Shown here: positions 48,368 through 52,265 of the stretch, one piece after another
Layout of the letters: each line of letters begins with the position of its first letter
Position numbering within the stretch: position 1 is the first letter of the stretch
Position numbers and translations under genes: made by a program
From: Polaromonas sp.
GTDB taxonomy: Bacteria; Pseudomonadota; Gammaproteobacteria; Burkholderiales; Burkholderiaceae_C
Direction: 5' to 3'
Length of the DNA stretch: 52,265 bases
Assembly (NCBI GenBank): GCA_031423655.1
Contig: JANPFZ010000274.1
Span: 1-52,265, forward strand
The notes under the pieces: model-generated
Databases searched by the model: none
What the model was told of the DNA's origin: nothing
Seen by the model: only the letters and a program-made list of their open reading frames with translations

Positions 48368-48432
48368 TGCTATAAAAATAGTAGCTGCTTGCGCTTGTAT
48401 TAACTGGGCTACAGGCTGAAATAGCCTTAAAA
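48368..48432 (+). repeat. dispersed ~60-bp repeat (copy 5)
   Basis: Core GCTATAAAAATAGTAGC at 48369-48385; tail CTTGCGC..TGGGCTACAGGCTGAAATAGCC. Confidence 0.7.
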
Positions 48433-48493
48433 TCTTGCGCAATAGACCTCATCGCTGAAAACGGCCGAAGCGGCGAAACCGGCTTTTGGTTCC

Positions 48494-50278
48494 TCACAGC
48501 ATTTCGTCAGGCGCCAGCGGGCCGATGATTTTCAGCAGCAGCTTCAAACCGGCGCTCGCATCGGGCTCGATCTGCGTGTCTTTCAGGCCCGAGTTCTGCG
48601 GCGCCCGCCAGATCAGCTGACCACTGTCCAGTTCGACCTGATACGCGCCTTTGGCCAGCGCCGGCTCAATCAGGCGCGTGGTCTCAAGCGAAATGGCTCG
48701 GCTGCGTACGACGATGGCGACTTCGCTGTTTTGTAGCTGTGAGCGCAGGTCCAGGTTCATCGAGCCGACGACCAGCAGGCGGTCGTCTATTACCACCACT
48801 TTGGCATGCAGGCTGGCGCGCGAGCCGCCCGCCCCGCCGCCCAGCGAACCACCGATCAGCCCGCCCGTCGAGCCACCCAGAGAGCCCAGGCTGCTGACCG
48901 AGCTGGGATGCTCGGCCCGCATTTCGTAGAGTTCGATGCCCATGCGCAGCAGCGCTTCCCGGTAGCGTGCATAGCCCACATGAGCGGCGGGTGCGTCGTT
49001 GGAGGCCAGCGAGTTGGTCAGCACCCGCACCCGAACCCCGCGCTGACGACAAATTTCCAGCTGCTTCATCATCCGTTGGCCTGGCACGAAATACGGCGAG
49101 ACGATCAGCAGGTCGCGCCTGGCCTCGGTCATCAGCTGCAGCAGGCCATCGACGGTGGTGTCCTGCGCTTCCTCCACGCTGTCGGCGTCGGTACCAATTT
49201 TTGAGGGCTTGTCGACCAGCATCGCCGAGGGCGCCCAGGTCCACTTGATCAGGTCCAGATCGGTGTCGTCGGGCAAGGCGGGCAGCGTGGTGCTGGCGCC
49301 GCCAGGTGAGGTGACAACGCGCGTGGTCGTGGTGGCGTTGGCGGAGCCGTTGCTGCCTATCAGCGCGTGCTGGCCGGGGTCAGCATTCGCGACACTGGCT
49401 GACCGGACCATGTCATCGGTGCGGGGGTCGGGGTTCGTTTCTGGTTTGGCCGCCGGCGGGGCTTTGAGCGCCTCAATCTCTCCAGCAGTTATCAACGACT
49501 GCACCGGATAGGCCAGCGGGTTGTTCCAGTACTGGTCAAAGCTGCGCGACAAATCGCGCGCCATGCGACCGGCCGCCAGCAGATCGATGTCAATGAAGTT
49601 AGTGCCCGCACTCTGACCGAAATAGGTTTCACCGAGGTTGCGGCCACCGGTGATGGCGACGGCGTTGTCGGCGACAAAAATCTTGTTGTGCATGCGCCGC
49701 TGCATGCCTTCAACGTCTTTGAGATTGCCCAGTATGCGGAAAAACAGCGAACCCCTGCCGCCCGGCAGCGGGTTGAAGAGTCGCATTTCCATGTTGTTCT
49801 CGAACGCCAGCTTCAAAACCTGGGCGTTTTTGCCGGAGGTGTTGAAGTCGTCGAGCAGGATGCGAATGCGGACCCCACGGGCGGCGGCTTCGCGCAACGC
49901 ATCGAACATCCGTTCCGTGGTGTCGTCGGCAAAAATCGCGTAGTACTGAATGTCCAGCGTTTTCTGCGCCGCCTTGATCAGCGCCATGCGGCTGGTGAAG
50001 GCCAGCTCGGCACTGCTGATCAGCGCAAAGCCCGAATCATTGCGGGTGCCGGCTTTGGCTGCGCGGGCCGCTACGACCTGGCCGAGGCGGGTTTCGTCCG
50101 GGTTGGTCAGCGCGGTGGACACGGGACGTACAACGTCTTGGGGGAGCGACGCGCAACCTGCGACCCATGCGCTCAGAAGTACGGGAAAAAGCAGGGCAAG
50201 GAGCCGGGCAGCCGCCCACCGGGCACGGCCGTTGGAGCTGACCGGGGGCGAAGCGAAAAGCGGCGGGCGGGCGTGCAT
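48494..50278 (-). CDS. phospholipase D-family protein, cardiolipin synthase ClsC/YmdC-like, probable lipoprotein
   Basis: Two HKD motifs (MHNKIFVAD, LHAKVVVID), GGRNLG, GSMNLD; lipobox VAGC. Start uncertain (50278 vs 50338). Confidence 0.88.
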   Translation of the reverse strand: MHARPPLFASPPVSSNGRARWAAARLLALLFPVLLSAWVAGCASLPQDVVRPVSTALTNPDETRLGQVVAARAAKAGTRNDSGFALISSAELAFTSRMALIKAAQKTLDIQYYAIFADDTTERMFDALREAAARGVRIRILLDDFNTSGKNAQVLKLAFENNMEMRLFNPLPGGRGSLFFRILGNLKDVEGMQRRMHNKIFVADNAVAITGGRNLGETYFGQSAGTNFIDIDLLAAGRMARDLSRSFDQYWNNPLAYPVQSLITAGEIEALKAPPAAKPETNPDPRTDDMVRSASVANADPGQHALIGSNGSANATTTTRVVTSPGGASTTLPALPDDTDLDLIKWTWAPSAMLVDKPSKIGTDADSVEEAQDTTVDGLLQLMTEARRDLLIVSPYFVPGQRMMKQLEICRQRGVRVRVLTNSLASNDAPAAHVGYARYREALLRMGIELYEMRAEHPSSVSSLGSLGGSTGGLIGGSLGGGAGGSRASLHAKVVVIDDRLLVVGSMNLDLRSQLQNSEVAIVVRSRAISLETTRLIEPALAKGAYQVELDSGQLIWRAPQNSGLKDTQIEPDASAGLKLLLKIIGPLAPDEML

Positions 50279-50432
50279 GATGCAAAGCACTGTAGCCCAA
50301 CGGTGCGTCTGAAAACCCGCGAAACGATGGCTTTTCAACGACTCTTGCTGTAGGTGCGCGGCTTGAAAAAACCGTGTCGCTGCAGCCTCGGGCTGGCACC
50401 GTGTCGCAGGGCCGCAAGAGAGCTTGCGAAGC

Positions 50433-52265
50433 TCAAGCCGACAGAGTTTCCCAACGCTGCAGAGCGGCCATCAGGTCTTCTTCGATCTTCGAATTTCGGG
50501 CATTCAGCTCGGCCGCGCGCTTGGCATTGCTGGTGTACAGCGTGCCATCAAAAAGCTCCTGCGCGATGGCTTTTTGCTGCGATTCGAGCTGCTGAATCAT
50601 CGCTGGCAGGCCGTCGAGTTCACGTTGCTCTTTGTAGCTCAGCTTCTTTTTTGATAGCTGCTCGCGCACGTCTTTATTGGGCTGCAGCACGATTTTGTCA
50701 TTATTCTTGGTCTTTTGGGGGCTGGCGACCGCTGTTTTGGCGCTGCTGGCAATTTGCGCTGCCCGCTTTGACTGGGTGATCCAGTCGGTCACGCCGCCTT
50801 CGTATTCACGCCAGAAGCCGGGGTTCTCGGGTGTGCCTTCATAGGCGATGGTGCTGGTGACGACGTTGTCGAGGAAGCGCCGATCGTGGCTGACGAGAAA
50901 GACCGTGCCCTCGTAGTTTTGCAGCAGGTCTTCGAGCAATTCGAGCGTGTCGATGTCGAGGTCGTTGGTCGGCTCGTCAAGCACCAGCACATTGGCCGGC
51001 CGTGCGAACAGGCGCGCAAGCAGCAGGCGGTTGCGCTCGCCGCCCGAGAGCGTGCGCACTGGCGAGTTGGCGCGCGCCGGAGAAAACAGGAAGTCGGTGA
51101 GGTAGCTCTTGACGTGCTTCTTCTGGCCGTTGATTTCAACCCACTCGCTGCCGGGGCTGATGAAGTCTTCCAGCGTGGCGTCCAGATCGAGGCTGTCGCG
51201 CATCTGGTCGAAGTAAGCCACCTGCAGGTTCGCGCCCTGGCGGATCTTGCCGGGCGGTGTCGTCACGTCGGGCTGCAGCTCGCCGAGGATGAGCTTGAGC
51301 AGCGTGGTTTTTCCAGCGCCGTTGGGGCCCAGCAAGCCAACCTTGTCGCCGCGCAGCAGCGTGCCGCTGAAGCGGTTGACGATGATCTTTTCCAGGCCCG
51401 GATGGCCAAAACTTTTCGACACCTCGGTCAGCTCGGCGACGATTTTGCCGCTCTTCTCGCCGCTGGAGACATCCAGATTCACACGGCCCACCGCATCGCG
51501 CCGCGCCGCCCGGTTGTCGCGCAAGGCTTCGAGCCGACCGATGCGGGCCACGCTTCGCGTGCGGCGCGCCTCAACACCTTTGCGAATCCATACCTCTTCC
51601 TGTGCCAGCAGCTTGTCGGCTTTGGCAAAAATCACCGCTTCCTGCGCCATCTGATCTTCTTTTTGCACCAGGTACTGCGCGAAATTGCCGGGGTAGGTCA
51701 AGAGTTTGCCGCGGTCGAGCTCGACAATGGCCGTGGCGACCTGGTCCAGAAAGGCCCGGTCGTGGGTGATGGTGATGATGCTGCCGTTGAAGTTGATCAA
51801 AAGATCTTCCAGCCAGGCAATCGAGTCCAGATCGAGATGGTTGGTCGGCTCATCGAGCAGCAGCACATCCGGCCTGGCAACCAGTGCCTGGGCCAGTGCC
51901 ACGCGCTTTTTGGTGCCGCCCGAGAGCGAGCCGACGATGGCGTCTTTGTCCAGGTGCAGGCGGTGCAGCGTTTCTTCGACGCGCTGCTCCCAGTTCCAGC
52001 CATCGAGCGCTTCGATCTCTGACTGCAGCGCGTCGAGGTCTGTGTGTTCTTCGGCCGCCAGATACATCTCCACCACGTGCCGCGTCCTTGCCAATCCTGC
52101 GCTAGCAGCTATAAAAACAGTAGCATGCGGGTCGAGACTCGGTTCCTGCGGTACGTAGGCAATGCGCAGGTTTTGCTGCAGTTGCAAGGTGCCGTCGTCG
52201 GGTTTATCCAGGCCCGCCAATATTTTGAGCAGCGACGATTTGCCGGTGCCGTTGCGGCCGATCAG
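50433..52265 (-). CDS. uup: ABC-F ATPase Uup; 5' end runs off the window
   Basis: GRNGTGKS, LSGG, LDEPTNHLD, GVEARRTRS, second cassette GPNGAGKT/LSGGERNRL, C-terminal KLSYKEQREL coiled coil. Confidence 0.93.
   Translation of the reverse strand: MIGRNGTGKSSLLKILAGLDKPDDGTLQLQQNLRIAYVPQEPSLDPHATVFIAASAGLARTRHVVEMYLAAEEHTDLDALQSEIEALDGWNWEQRVEETLHRLHLDKDAIVGSLSGGTKKRVALAQALVARPDVLLLDEPTNHLDLDSIAWLEDLLINFNGSIITITHDRAFLDQVATAIVELDRGKLLTYPGNFAQYLVQKEDQMAQEAVIFAKADKLLAQEEVWIRKGVEARRTRSVARIGRLEALRDNRAARRDAVGRVNLDVSSGEKSGKIVAELTEVSKSFGHPGLEKIIVNRFSGTLLRGDKVGLLGPNGAGKTTLLKLILGELQPDVTTPPGKIRQGANLQVAYFDQMRDSLDLDATLEDFISPGSEWVEINGQKKHVKSYLTDFLFSPARANSPVRTLSGGERNRLLLARLFARPANVLVLDEPTNDLDIDTLELLEDLLQNYEGTVFLVSHDRRFLDNVVTSTIAYEGTPENPGFWREYEGGVTDWITQSKRAAQIASSAKTAVASPQKTKNNDKIVLQPNKDVREQLSKKKLSYKEQRELDGLPAMIQQLESQQKAIAQELFDGTLYTSNAKRAAELNARNSKIEEDLMAALQRWETLSA

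Overview
GC-rich betaproteobacterial DNA; the gene set and intergenic repeat style suggest Comamonadaceae (inference). It has four parts. (1) 1-16.2 kb, minus strand: a sigma54-controlled group-5 soluble di-iron monooxygenase (prmABCD-like) locus with an AcoR-type activator, NRAMP, a dedicated GroEL, a porin, a DUF59 protein, an amidohydrolase, and an upstream ADH-CobW-WD40-small protein operon. (2) LysE and EamA transporter genes. (3) 18.8-48.3 kb, plus strand: two paralogous operons (9 genes) of Sec-exported DUF11/Ig-fold proteins. Several end in a DUF11 domain that lacks its last Asn-bearing strands, and several begin with exactly those strands. The distribution is: large outer-membrane barrels have donor only, shaft subunits have donor plus acceptor, adhesins have acceptor only, and small proteins are catalytically dead acceptors. 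This suggests a sortase-free, usher-free fimbrial system polymerised by split-domain complementation and locked by intermolecular Lys-Asn isopeptide bonds. This is the main finding and is inferred from motifs, not demonstrated. (4) A ClsC-like phospholipase D and a partial uup. A 17-bp palindromic repeat (GCTA-N9-TAGC) brackets both fimbrial operons.
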